Assembly (NCBI RefSeq): GCF_039654945.1
Contig: NW_027362050.1
Location: forward strand, 682,001-746,000
DNA length: 64,000 bases
Source: Dendrobates tinctorius
Taxonomy: Eukaryota
Reading direction: 5' to 3'
Shown: piece after piece, positions 53,752 through 64,000 of the stretch
Layout: every line of letters begins with the position of its first letter
Numbering within the stretch: the first letter of the stretch is position 1
Translations under genes and position numbers: made by a program
Notes under the pieces: generated by a model
What the model was told of the DNA's origin: nothing
Database searches by the model: none
Seen by the model: the letters and a program-made list of their open reading frames with translations, nothing else

Positions 53752-54043
53752 TGAGAATATGGAAAACGGTCTTAGGAGCGCAGGAAAGAGACTCAGACGA
53801 GAGATAGGGTTAAACCACAACGCGTTTCGATGAAGACGGATCCTCCGTCGAAACGCGTTGTGGTATAACCCCATCTCTTGTCTGAGTCTCTTTCCTGCGC
53901 TCCTAAAGCCGTTTTCCATATTCTCATTGCTCTTATCCTCCATCGGAGGTTTTCGGCTGGAGCTGCGTTGGAGACCTGACATCCTAGTCAGCCCCTGGGT
54001 TGTTGCCTAAGCGCTCCTCTATGACCGCTTATTACTGACTCTA
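53752..54043 (+). mobile_element. Miniature Penelope-like insertion with inverted arm and hammerhead core
   Basis: 79-bp inverted repeat (53752-53830 / 53848-53926), GATGA-stem-GAAACGCGTT core, 16-bp TSD gcccattgagatatga (53739, 54044). Confidence 0.72.
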
Positions 54044-55409
54044 GCCCATTGAGATATGACACGGTCCATGATGGAAGACGAATGAAGAACCCCATTGTGA
54101 CAACATCCTCAGGGAGGAAGTCTAGGAATATAGACAATGACTACTGTGATACCCTCAGAATACAGCCAAAAATTAATAATATAAAATAATGTATTATTAT
54201 TAATAATAATATTAATAAAATATTATTGTCAAATCATGACAATGGAGCACAGCCTAGGAATGAAGCTAACATGGTAGCTGTGCTGTGCAGTATCGCAACT
54301 GAGCCATACCATTCCAGCCAACACCGGGAACAGATGGTCGGCGGTAGTGCCGGGTGTCGCACCCTAACCGATCAGACATTGATGACCTATCTTAAAAGTA
54401 GGCCATCAATGTTAAAGTCCCAAACAACCCCTTTAATACTATAGTGCTGTCTCATAGATATTAGTCATACCCCATAAACGCCTTAAGATGGCAGAAAATA
54501 CAACACTAATACTGACAATGATTTGTTCTATTTTTTTTTCTTTCTCATAGCACACATACATAGTGCCAACATATCTCATAACGCTGTACAAAGGATGTCT
54601 ATAGTCACATCAGTCCATGTCTCCAATACAATTTTTCTATCTTCGACACACGCTGTTGCAGGCTGCTGTTTTATTGGAACATGGGAGGAAACCGGAGCAA
54701 ATAAAATAAACCACCTCCCCCCTCAAAAAAGAAAAATTGTAAAAATAGTAAAACAGCATCTGGCTGGAATCTAAAGAACATTTTTTGATGCAGTTTCTAA
54801 AGTTAAAGACAAAAGTGGATACAAGAGGATTGGGAAATACAAAATATTGCACTTTTTTTTTTTTTGGGGGGGGGGGGATTTTTCCCCTAATTTCATTGAT
54901 GTCATTTCTAAATAGACATCAGGTCCCTTCTGCAGCAATTTACAAGAAGTGCAGAGCATTGCAGGAGGTACCTTTTTTAAACTCCGATCTGTGGCATACG
55001 CACGAAGTACGTGTAGCAACCACTGTGTGTCACTATTGCTTCAATTATTATGACGCAGACCTGTCGCTAGGTTAAGCGTCCAGTTTTTTTCTCTCATTTT
55101 ATTCCTGCTGCTGCACCACTGTGCATTTCATTTTTTTTCCTTTTTTAATTTCACCATTCGGTGCCTGAGATATGGGTATTTTTATTTAGTGGACATTTTT
55201 TCGTCTTTACAAAGGGGTCTGGCTCACAAGGTAATAATGCAGAACAGCCTAAAGACACGCCCCTGAGGATCCTGTGAGCCACGATTATTGCAGCTTATAC
55301 CTCAATGATAGATTCTTGTGGGTTGGCCACTTTTGTAGACAATTTTTCTATTTTACTTAAGAGCAAGTAATTGGGGATAAAAAAAAAAAACCACTCCATG
55401 GCCATCTTT

Positions 55410-57360
55410 CCTGCTGCTAAATCTCTGCTCACCTAACCTGACAGCTCCTCAGTGTCTTTGTACCCATCTGCTGAATTTCTGCCAACCTAAAATGAAAGCT
55501 CCTCAGTGTCCCTCCTCCCTGTTGCTGAGTCCCCATCCACCTAGCCTGACATCCTTTCAATTTCCCTCTTTCCTTCTGCTGATTCTCTGTTCAGCTAGTC
55601 TGACAGCTCCTCAGTATCCTTGTACCCTGCAGCTGCTGAATTTCTGCTGACCTAACCTAACAGCTCTTCAGTGTCCCTCCTCTCTGCTGCTGAGTCTCCA
55701 TCCACTTAGCCTGACAGCTCCTCAGTGTTCCACTTTCCTTCTGCTGACTCTCTGTTCAGCCTGTCTGACAGCTCCTCAGTATCCTTGTACCCTGCAGCTG
55801 CTGAATTTCTTCCAACCCAACCTAGCAGCTCTTCAGTGTCCCTCCTCTCTGCTGCTGAGTCTCCATCCACTTAGCCTGACAGCTCCTCAGTGTCCCACTT
55901 TCCTTCTGCTGACTCTCTGTACAGCCTGTCTGACTGACAGCTCCTCAGTATCCTTGTACCCTGCAGCTGCTGAATTTCTTCCAACCCAACCTAGCAGCTC
56001 TTCAGTGTCCCTCCTCTCTGCTGCTGAGTCTCCATCCACCTAGCCTGACATCCTTTCAATTTCCCTCTTTCCTTCTGCTGACTCTCTGTTCAGCTAGTCT
56101 GACAGCTCCTCAGTATCCTTGTACCCTGCAGCTGCTGAATTTCTGCTGACCTAACCTAACAGCTCTTCAGTGTCCCTCCTCTCTGCTGCTGAGTCTCCAT
56201 CCACTTAGCCTGACAGCTCCTCAGTGTTCCACTTTCCTTCTGCTGACTCTCTGTTCAGCCTGACAGCTACTCAGTATCCTTGTACCCTGCAGCTGAATTT
56301 CTTCCAACCCAACCTAGCAGCTCTTCAGTGTCCCTCCTCTCTGCTGCTGAGTCTCCATCCACTTAGCCTGACAGCTCCTCAGTGTCCCACTTTCCTTCTG
56401 CTGACTCTCTGTTCAGCCTGACAGCTCCTCAGTATCCTTGTACCCTGCAGCTGAATTTCTTCCAACCCAACCTAGCAGCTCTTCAGTGTCCCTCCTCTCT
56501 GCTGCTGAGTCTCCATCCACTTAGCCTGACAGCTCCTCAGTGTCCCACTTTCCTTCTGCTGACTCTCTGTTCAGCCTGTCTGACTGACAGCTCCTCAGTA
56601 TCCTTGTACCCTGCAGCTGCTGAATTTCTTCCAACCCAACCTAACAGCTCTTCAGTGTCCCTCCTCTCTGCTGCTGAGTCTCCATCCACTTAGCCTGACA
56701 GCTCCTCAGTGTTCCACTTTCCTTCTGCTGACTCTCTGTTCAGCCTGACTGACAGCTCCTCAGTATCCTTGTACCCTGCAGCTGCTGAATTTCTTCCAAC
56801 CCAACTTAACAGCTATTCAGTGTCGCTCCTCCCTGCTGCTTAGTCTCTGCCTATCTAGCCCAATTCATAGCTCCTCAGTGTCCCTCCTACGTGCTGACGA
56901 TTAATCTCTGCCCACCTAGCCTGACTGACAGCTCCTCAGTGTCCTTGTACCCTGCTGCTGCTGAATTTCTACCAACCTAACCTGACAGCTTTTCAGTGTC
57001 CCTCCTTCCTGCTGCTTAATCTCTGCCTACCTAGCCCATTTCATAACTCCTCAGTGTACCTCCTCCCTGCATCTGAGTCTCTGCCCACCTAGCTTAACTG
57101 ACAGCTCCTCAATGACCCTCCTCCTTGCTGCTGCAGGATCTCTGCCCTCCTAGCATAACAGCTCCTCAGTATCCCTCCTCCCTGCTGCTGTTGAATCTCT
57201 GCCCACCTAGCCTGTCTGACAGCTCCTCAGGGTCCCTCCTCCCTGCTGCTGTTGAATCTCTGCCCACCTATCCTGTCTGACAGCTCCTCAGTGTCCCTCC
57301 TACTTGCTGTTGATGAATCTCTGCCCATCTAGCCTGGGTGAAAAATTCTCAGTGTGCATC
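55410..57360. repeat. Pyrimidine-rich satellite, ~55-bp monomers in ~160-170-bp trimers
   Basis: Recurring tgacagctcctcagt; three monomer variants alternate. Confidence 0.9.
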
Positions 57361-57705
57361 CTCCTTTCTGCTATCTCACACTGCTCAGTACAAGCTGCAG
57401 CTGTCTTTAAGGCTGGATAGGCAGAGACTGAATACACTTAGACTCCTGAATTTTCTTTATCCGGATTCCTAAACTTCTCATTTCAACATCAGGATTATAT
57501 GACCATTCTAATGTAGATGATTATAGTAAGTACACCAGTCTCATGGCGTCTAAATGAGATATTTAATAATTTATGCAGTTTGTGGTGTGAAATCTGATGA
57601 TCGATGTCTATTTTGTTAACTACAATCAGGCAGGTAAATTACAATGGGGAATTAAAATAATAATACCGTGTAGTAAGTAACACTCAGAACTTGTAACAAA
57701 GTAAC

Positions 57706-57711
57706 TTTATT
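57706..57711 (-). terminator. Candidate PMT polyadenylation signal AATAAA
   Basis: tttatt ~365 bp downstream of the stop; other candidates near 58010. Confidence 0.4.
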
Positions 57712-58074
57712 GGTATCAGAAGAACAGAAGCACTGATGACATTTCTGTCTCTAGCTCTTAAAGACTTTAGATTGCAATTCTGTCTTTTATAATAAAATAT
57801 ACCATAGAACAATACTTTTTAACATTTTACAAACCTTGACTGTGGAAAGTAACAGTGACTGTGGGAAGTGGGAAGTAACAACCCACTATATGCATTAAAA
57901 AAATATTTCTGCAAAGTCTCTGGGGGGGGGATTTCAAAAACATAAGTTGTCGCTGCAAAGTGGTCTACCCGCAAGTTTTGTGCCGTAGCAAAAAGTCAGA
58001 TTTCCGATTTATTTATTTTTTTAAAAGGAACTCTTTAGAATAATTAAAGTTTGGGGCTGATAGAAGGGCAGCAG

Positions 58075-58200
58075 TTATGATATGAGATCCAGTGGTTTCT
58101 CCGCCAGGAACAGGCCCCAGCGCTGATCGCCCAGACTGCAACGATGAAGCTTTTCCTTCCAACCTTCAATAATGTAGTTGTAATCCTCTTCGGAAAAACT
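58075..58200 (-). CDS. pmt: Phosphoethanolamine N-methyltransferase, last exon
   Basis: tag|[41 protein letters not shown]. Confidence 0.9.
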   Translation of the reverse strand, partial: SFSEEDYNYIIEGWKEKLHRCSLGDQRWGLFLAEKPLDLIS

Positions 58201-58285
58201 CTATATGGAGGAGAGAGAGAGAGACAGCGTAAGTGATCGTACATCCCTACAGCTCACATCGGCCTCATAGATATAGCTCCGTTAC

Positions 58286-58402
58286 CTCCAGGAACTCCTG
58301 CTTTATCTCCTGTGTACGCGCCAGTTCCTTGTTCAGAACATCTACAAACTGTTCTGTCCGATCCAAAGCCTGGACTTTGACAAAACCGACTTTCTCCAAG
58401 AA
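58286..58402 (-). CDS. pmt: Phosphoethanolamine N-methyltransferase exon
   Basis: 117 bp AG/GT; FLEKVGFVKVQALDRTEQFVDVLNKELARTQEIKQEFLE. Confidence 0.9.
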
Positions 58403-59143
58403 CTGCGGAGGGATACAAAGGGTTACAAGGAGACTCCACTACGGGGCACATTCACTATTGTGAGTGCTACTCATGTTAGAGCGTTTTGCTGAAATTTGTC
58501 AAAAATTTTGACCCATTAATTATTTATTTAATGCCCCATTTGCGCCTCACTAGAAAAGTTAGTATCACGACTCTATTGTTGGGTGTGCCAGGACCAGGGG
58601 CTCCCTCCCTGTCTCTAACGCTAGGGGCGCCCTAGCTCACCCCGTTCCCTGGATTACTTCTGATGGTGAAGATGCCGTGGCCATGTACCTCGCCTTAGCT
58701 CCTGAAACCGCCATCAGTCTGTACCCTTCCCCCACTCATGGAAGAGGGGAGTAGTAGTGTACCGTAATACACCAACTAGACTAACAAGGTAATACAAACA
58801 GGGATAAAGGAAATTACCAATCATACAAATATACTCTATGCTCTCAACTGAGCAGATTAACATTTGCACTGCTAAAAGAAACCTGCACCGTTTAATCTGA
58901 AGGTGAACTGCTTATAATCAGTGCAGGAGCAGGAGAAATCAGACAATGTGGTCTTCTGGCTCCTCTCTATAGCGGTAAACCGTGACGGTTGGAATCGATG
59001 AGGTTTAGCTCAGCTGAAATCGGATATGATTTCATGGGGGAAAGTTACCTGGCTAAATGCAGCAGAATACTGAAGCAATTTTATTTACGTAAAAAAAAAA
59101 AAAGCAACAAAAAAAAAAACACAACATGTATCACAATCACAAA

Positions 59144-59763
59144 TAGAGATGAGTGAATCTGTTGAAATTAGATTGAATTTACCTTGAATTTAAAAAAAAA
59201 ATTTAAGGTTCTCTTGAATTTAAATTTTTTGCAACTCGCTCTGAGCATTTTCAGAAAAATGGCAGCCAACTGACCGTCATTTTGCTGAACTGTAGAGTAC
59301 TGGGAAAAAGATAAAATAAATAATAATAACCATCAATCTTGCAATAGGCTGATGTCCGGTCTCTTCTTTCTGTCGTTCTCCAGTGCGAATTCCTCCTCCG
59401 GTTCCAAATAGGCATTTGATGTCACGTCATAATTTATGCATTGCCCAAGGTGCTTGACTAGGTGTTGGGCGACACAAGTTGTGATAACGTGCGTTGTGAC
59501 GTCAGACGCCTATTTGGAGTAAGGGGGCATCGGAAAGAAGAGGCCAGACGTCGCTGATGACCGGATGGCAGACGGTGACAGGACAGATGAGAGATGCAGT
59601 GAGTATTCATTTTTTATTTATTTACTTTAAACTCTTTGTTTAATAAGGTTCTGGGGTCTATAAAGATCCCAAAGAATAATAAAGAACATTATATTCACAT
59701 TGCTCGAATTTGGTAATTATTCAATCTGGCAAATTGGAATCTCGGCAGATTTGCCGATCCCTA
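59144..59763. mobile_element. Degraded hAT-type MITE (TAG...CTA) in a PMT intron
   Basis: tagagatgagtgaa...gccgatcccta termini, loose internal symmetry. Confidence 0.45.
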
Positions 59764-59935
59764 TTCATAATATTGAACAGGCGCCATGTTATACCACATC
59801 CCACCTGTAGTGGCCGCCTGCTGCTTTCCCCACTGATGCCTATTGTCCAGATGGGAAAAAGTTTTTTAACTTTAAAATATTAATATTATAACTACCATAT
59901 TCTGTAAGAGACGTACCCAGAACCATTTGACTTAC

Positions 59936-60067
59936 CTGGCCATACTCCTTGGGTGTATACAGAATATATCCTCTCTGCTTCACATACTCCTCAAACACTG
60001 GAGACCAAGGCCGTTCACCGCAGCAGTAATCTGTGATTAAGAGCTTCCCTCCGGGTTTCAGCCAAGT
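59936..60067 (-). CDS. pmt: Phosphoethanolamine N-methyltransferase exon
   Basis: 132 bp; [44 protein letters not shown]. Confidence 0.92.
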
Positions 60068-60460
60068 CTATAGGAAAAAAAACAAAACATCACAATAATG
60101 GAAAAGTAAAAATTACAATTCTTATCGAGTACCTAAACTTTTCATTTTTCATTTATTTTTATACTTTTGTCCATAGTGGAAAGTTATGAAAATTTGCAAA
60201 TCACTTTATTAGGGTATTTTTCGTCATTCCTGTAAAAAAAAAAATGCATGTAAGTGGCTTCCAATTCCCAACTTTTCCCAAGTCTATTTGCCTTTATGTG
60301 CAATGATATCATTTGGAGTACAGATGATGGCAGTGATGAGTCAGCTCAGCACTTGTGTTGTTGCAGGAGATCGTTTTGAGGAGGAGACACGAGCTGAAAC
60401 ATCACTGCCAGCATCTGTACTCCAAATTTCAAAGTTACTCAAGTTTTTATTGGCTCTTAC

Positions 60461-60583
60461 AAAGAATTTCCTGAAAAGTGCTCCCTTGTCATTAATGTGG
60501 AGGATGGTGTCCCGGCTGTACACCACATCAAATGACGCTTCGGGGAAGACCCTTCTTGTGGCATCTCCCATTTCAAACTGCAC
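60461..60583 (-). CDS. pmt: Phosphoethanolamine N-methyltransferase exon
   Basis: 123 bp; VQFEMGDAT...[24 protein letters not shown]. Confidence 0.92.
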
Positions 60584-60713
60584 CTGTGGGAGGGAATGAG
60601 AAGAGGCGTTTATCTATCTTAATAATAATAATAATCAGATTACAGATATCAGGTCGCATCTACCAGCGCTGAAATTTTTCCACCTATCCAACGGGATCAG
60701 TCCCATAACTCAC

Positions 60714-60803
60714 CTTTGGAGTCTTCTCCATGATAGCTCTCTCCATGGCAATCTCCACCATGTTAAATGACAGGTCCATCCCGAGGACGTCAACTCCATA
60801 TGT
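60714..60803 (-). CDS. pmt: Phosphoethanolamine N-methyltransferase exon
   Basis: 90 bp; TYGVDVLGMDLSFNMVEIAMERAIMEKTPK. Confidence 0.9.
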
Positions 60804-61124
60804 CTGTCGAGAGTAAAAAAAAAAACCTTAAAAGTATCCAAAACTTTGGCTATGTATAGAAGTGTTACTCCATAATTATAAGAAATCAAATAAATGTATA
60901 TAAACAATAAAATGTTTTATTGAGGTACAAAACTATGCAATAAAACATAAAAATAATTAAAATCAAGAAACAATGAAAGGAAGGGGAGGCCGATGAGAGA
61001 CACAAAATAATGAAGATAAGAAGACAACACAAAGGGTAACTACCAGATGGGAAAATTCTGCCAAGGAATGATGATGACATGTATGTGTAAGGACTCATGA
61101 ATGAGTGTAACGATGTGGCCCTAC

Positions 61125-61214
61125 CTTGGCCATATAGAAGTCTCCTCCGCCGATGCCACAGCCTACATCAATGACCCGCTGCCCAGGGACCAGATTAAGC
61201 ATGGCAATAAACTC
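61125..61214 (-). CDS. pmt: Phosphoethanolamine N-methyltransferase exon (SAM-binding motif I)
   Basis: 90 bp; [30 protein letters not shown]. Confidence 0.93.
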
Positions 61215-61301
61215 CTGCAAGTGAAGAAAAGAGATGATTTCCTGCATCTTAGGGACAGTATCACCCAAGCCCCTAATATTCTTCTTCTGCACTGTCCTTA
61301 C

Positions 61302-61490
61302 CTTGGTGGTCTCCAGTCCTCCAGTGCTCACAAAGCCGTCCCCGAATATCTTCTCGTATCGGAGTATTCCTTTCCGAGAATACTGCTGGTTATCAAGGAA
61401 CTGCTGAAACGTCGTATAACCCTGGTGCCCATCGGCGGCTCGTGGGACTTTCTGAAGCATCCAGCAAACTTGGTTCTGGTTCTTCTTTAT
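61302..61490 (-). CDS. pmt: Phosphoethanolamine N-methyltransferase exon
   Basis: 189 bp; [10 protein letters not shown]...[10 protein letters not shown]...[22 protein letters not shown]. Confidence 0.93.
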
Positions 61491-61999
61491 CTGTAGAGCA
61501 TAGATAATACACAACATAGAAGAGGAGAAGTCGTATGATGGCAGTGATACAAGATAAGAGTATAGGAAATTAAAATAAAAAACACATGGAAAAGTGGAAT
61601 AGATTTACGCGGGACAGAAACAGTTTATTGTGGATCTGACCTCAAATTTCACGGCGAATCCGCAGCAACATCAACATTTTAGATGTGTTTTTAGGGCAGA
61701 TGTGCTACAAATTTTATTTAATGTAAATGATGAAATCGGCAAATAACATCCACAAGAAGTATTGATTTAAAATCTGCCTCTCGTGTCCAGTTAGCAATGT
61801 TATTATTTTTTTGCAGCTATCCGTTTCCCTCTAAAGGGGTTCTCCTACTAAATACATTAATCGACCTAACCACAGCATAAAAGATTGCTGGAGTACAATC
61901 AATGGACCGCCTGCCCATCCGGGGAAAAGGGGTCCCAAAGTCTGTAGCAATGCATGCTTTATAGGAGATAGTTTGTGATTGTATATATTAGCTGATTAA

Positions 62000-62555
62000 A
62001 GGGAATCTGTCACCTATTTTTTTGCCTATAAACTGCCGGCACCGCCATCAGAGGCTTATCTACAGCATTCTGTACTGTAGATAAGCCCCCGATGTAACCT
62101 GAAAGAGAAGAAAAAGGAGTTATATTAATACTCACCCAGGGGCGGTCCAGGTCCGGTTCAGGTCCGGAGGGAGTCGCGGTCAGGTCCGGCGCCTCCCATC
62201 TTGTAGCGATGACGTCCTCTTCTTTCCTGCCTGTCGCAGCTCCGGCGCAGGCGCACTACTCTGCCCTGTTGAGGGCAGAGCAGAGTAATGCAGTGCGCAG
62301 GCGCTGGACCTCTTCTGGCACCTGCACACTGCAGTATCCTGCTCTGCCCTCAACAGGGCAGAGCAGTACGCCTGCGCCGGAGCTGCGACAGGCAGGAAAG
62401 AAGAGGACGTCATCACTACAAGATGGGAGGCGCCGGACCTCCCCTGGGTGAGTATAATACAACTCCTTTTTCTTCTCTTTCTGTAATGCTGTAGATAAGC
62501 CCCTGATGGCGGTGCGGGCAGCTTATAGGCAAAAAAAATAGGTGACAGATTCCCT
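62000..62555. mobile_element. Palindromic T2/Kolobok-type MITE
   Basis: TTAA-agggaatctgtcaccta...taggtgacagattccct-(t)TTAA, long inverted arms. Confidence 0.85.
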
Positions 62556-62560
62556 TTTAA

Positions 62561-63230
62561 AGGACTTCTATCACCAAATTGCAACACACTATTAAATAGA
62601 CCTCTTACACCTGATGAAGCTGGTGTCCTAACTTTGAAAATACAGGTTAGAATTTCTTTATAGTCATTTTTGAAACTTTACATGACAAAAACTAAAATCA
62701 GAATTCTACCTAATCTCACAAAATGCCCATTCTAAGACCAAAATTATACAACCAATGTGATGTGGAAATTCAAAGTAGGTACACCAGCCTCATCAGGTCT
62801 AAGGGCGTGTGCACACGCTGCGGATTCTGCTGCGGTTCCGCAGCGGTTTTGGCCGCTGTGGGTCCGCAGCAGTTTTTGCTGCGGTGTACAGTACCATTAT
62901 TCCCTATGGGAATAAAAAACTGCAGTGCAGACGGTGCAAATTTTTCCGCGGTTTTGAAACCGCAGAAAGAATTGACATGTCAATTCTTTCTGCGGACTCC
63001 GCTGCGGTTTGCCATCTCCTCCATTGAGGAGATGAAAAACCGCAGGGCAAAACCGCAGGATAATCCACAGGTAAAACCGCAGGTCTTCTGACCTGCGGAT
63101 TTACCTGCGGATTTTACAAAAACCGCGCGGCTAAATCCGCACTACAATCCGCAGCGTGTGCATGTACCCTAAGGGATCTTTTTTAGTATATTATGCAGTC
63201 TGTATTGTGAAGTCTGGTGACAGACCTCCT
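62561..63230. mobile_element. Older T2-type MITE hosting a Harbinger MITE
   Basis: ttaa-aggacttctatcacca...tggtgacagacctcct-ttaa. Confidence 0.6.
62803..63169. mobile_element. PIF/Harbinger-type MITE
   Basis: TIR gggcgtgtgcacacgctgcggatt / aatccgcagcgtgtgcatgtaccc, TAA TSD. Confidence 0.85.
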
Positions 63231-63824
63231 TTAAAAGGTTTGTCCCAAATTCTCCATCAAAAGCACACTACTCCCTTGTCTCCTGCTTGCCAGGCAACAA
63301 TGCATTCATGATTGACTGACAGTTTGTGTGGTTGCACAGATGATCCAAACTGTGCCTTAATCCATGCTGCTAACAGAGGTAAATCTGCAGCATTGGACCA
63401 AGCAATGTGGCCATGATCAGAGCAGCACTTACAAGCTCTATTGAAATTGCGCTCCTTGCCTAGGAGACCAGCCACCACTTCAGAGGTGGCTGGTAACGTA
63501 AGCAGAAAGCTGTACATAATAACATTAAAATGTTCTCTTTTCTTGAAAACCAAGAGGATTTTTAATGACAGGTAAATTGCAAAGTTGTTGATTTTACAAG
63601 CACTTTTGCAATTTTACACATTTAGGCTACGTTCACACTAGGTGTTTTTTATGTGTTTTTTAATGCAAATTTTCAGCTGCGTCTTACAGTGCCAGCAAAG
63701 ATTATAAGATTTCAGAAATCTCATGGACACAGCTTGTTTTTTTTTTGTCATCAGTATGTTCGGGTATTATTGAATGTGTGACCACCACAGTAGGAAGAAA
63801 CATAAGTAGACACTGCCGTCTCAC

Positions 63825-63964
63825 CTTTATATAGGTCTCCACAGACTTGGACATCACAATCTCAAAACCGTTGTCTCCAGACTTCGAAGTGACAGATGTG
63901 AGGAGGTGATTATACTGAGCAGGTGTACGGTACACCGTAGGGTTAAATGTCCGTTCACAGTCCC
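63825..63964 (-). CDS. pmt: Phosphoethanolamine N-methyltransferase exon (upstream exons beyond the window)
   Basis: 140 bp AG/GT; GDCERTFNPTVYRTPAQYNHLL...SKSVETYIK. Confidence 0.9.
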
Positions 63965-64000
63965 CTAAAATCAAAGAATTTTATCCATTAATTTCTGCAC

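Noticed and set aside
53752-53926. miRNA precursor
   Set aside because: TSD, tail and hammerhead core favour a retroelement inversion; no expression evidence.

Overview
Repeat-dense vertebrate genomic window, almost certainly a frog (PMT gene plus typical anuran transposon families). Two host genes lie on the minus strand, both cut by the window edges: a KLHL10-like BTB-BACK-Kelch gene (coding exons 1-4, 1302-5061) and phosphoethanolamine N-methyltransferase (last 8 exons, 58075-63964). The ~53 kb between them is layered mobile DNA. (i) An 18.6-kb nest, 13497-32148: a Penelope-like element with inverted arms and a 15-bp TSD. Its arms carry an intact DD36E Tc1, a full-length chromodomain Gypsy (itself split by a hAT element), a piggyBac-like element and tandem Helitrons. 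(ii) A 4.1-kb non-autonomous LTR element with a tRNA-Ser PBS and no gag/pol, carrying a cold-shock-domain ORF (top candidate for novelty). (iii) A second nest, 37620-48226: an RTE LINE split by an L2, a giant palindromic hAT element holding two Tc1s, and nested solo LTRs. (iv) Solo LTRs, a hairpin mini-Penelope with a hammerhead core, a hierarchical satellite and MITEs. Two LTR families show a Tf1-type self-priming signature, and one appears to make 6-bp TSDs. All calls are by eye; no database searches were run.
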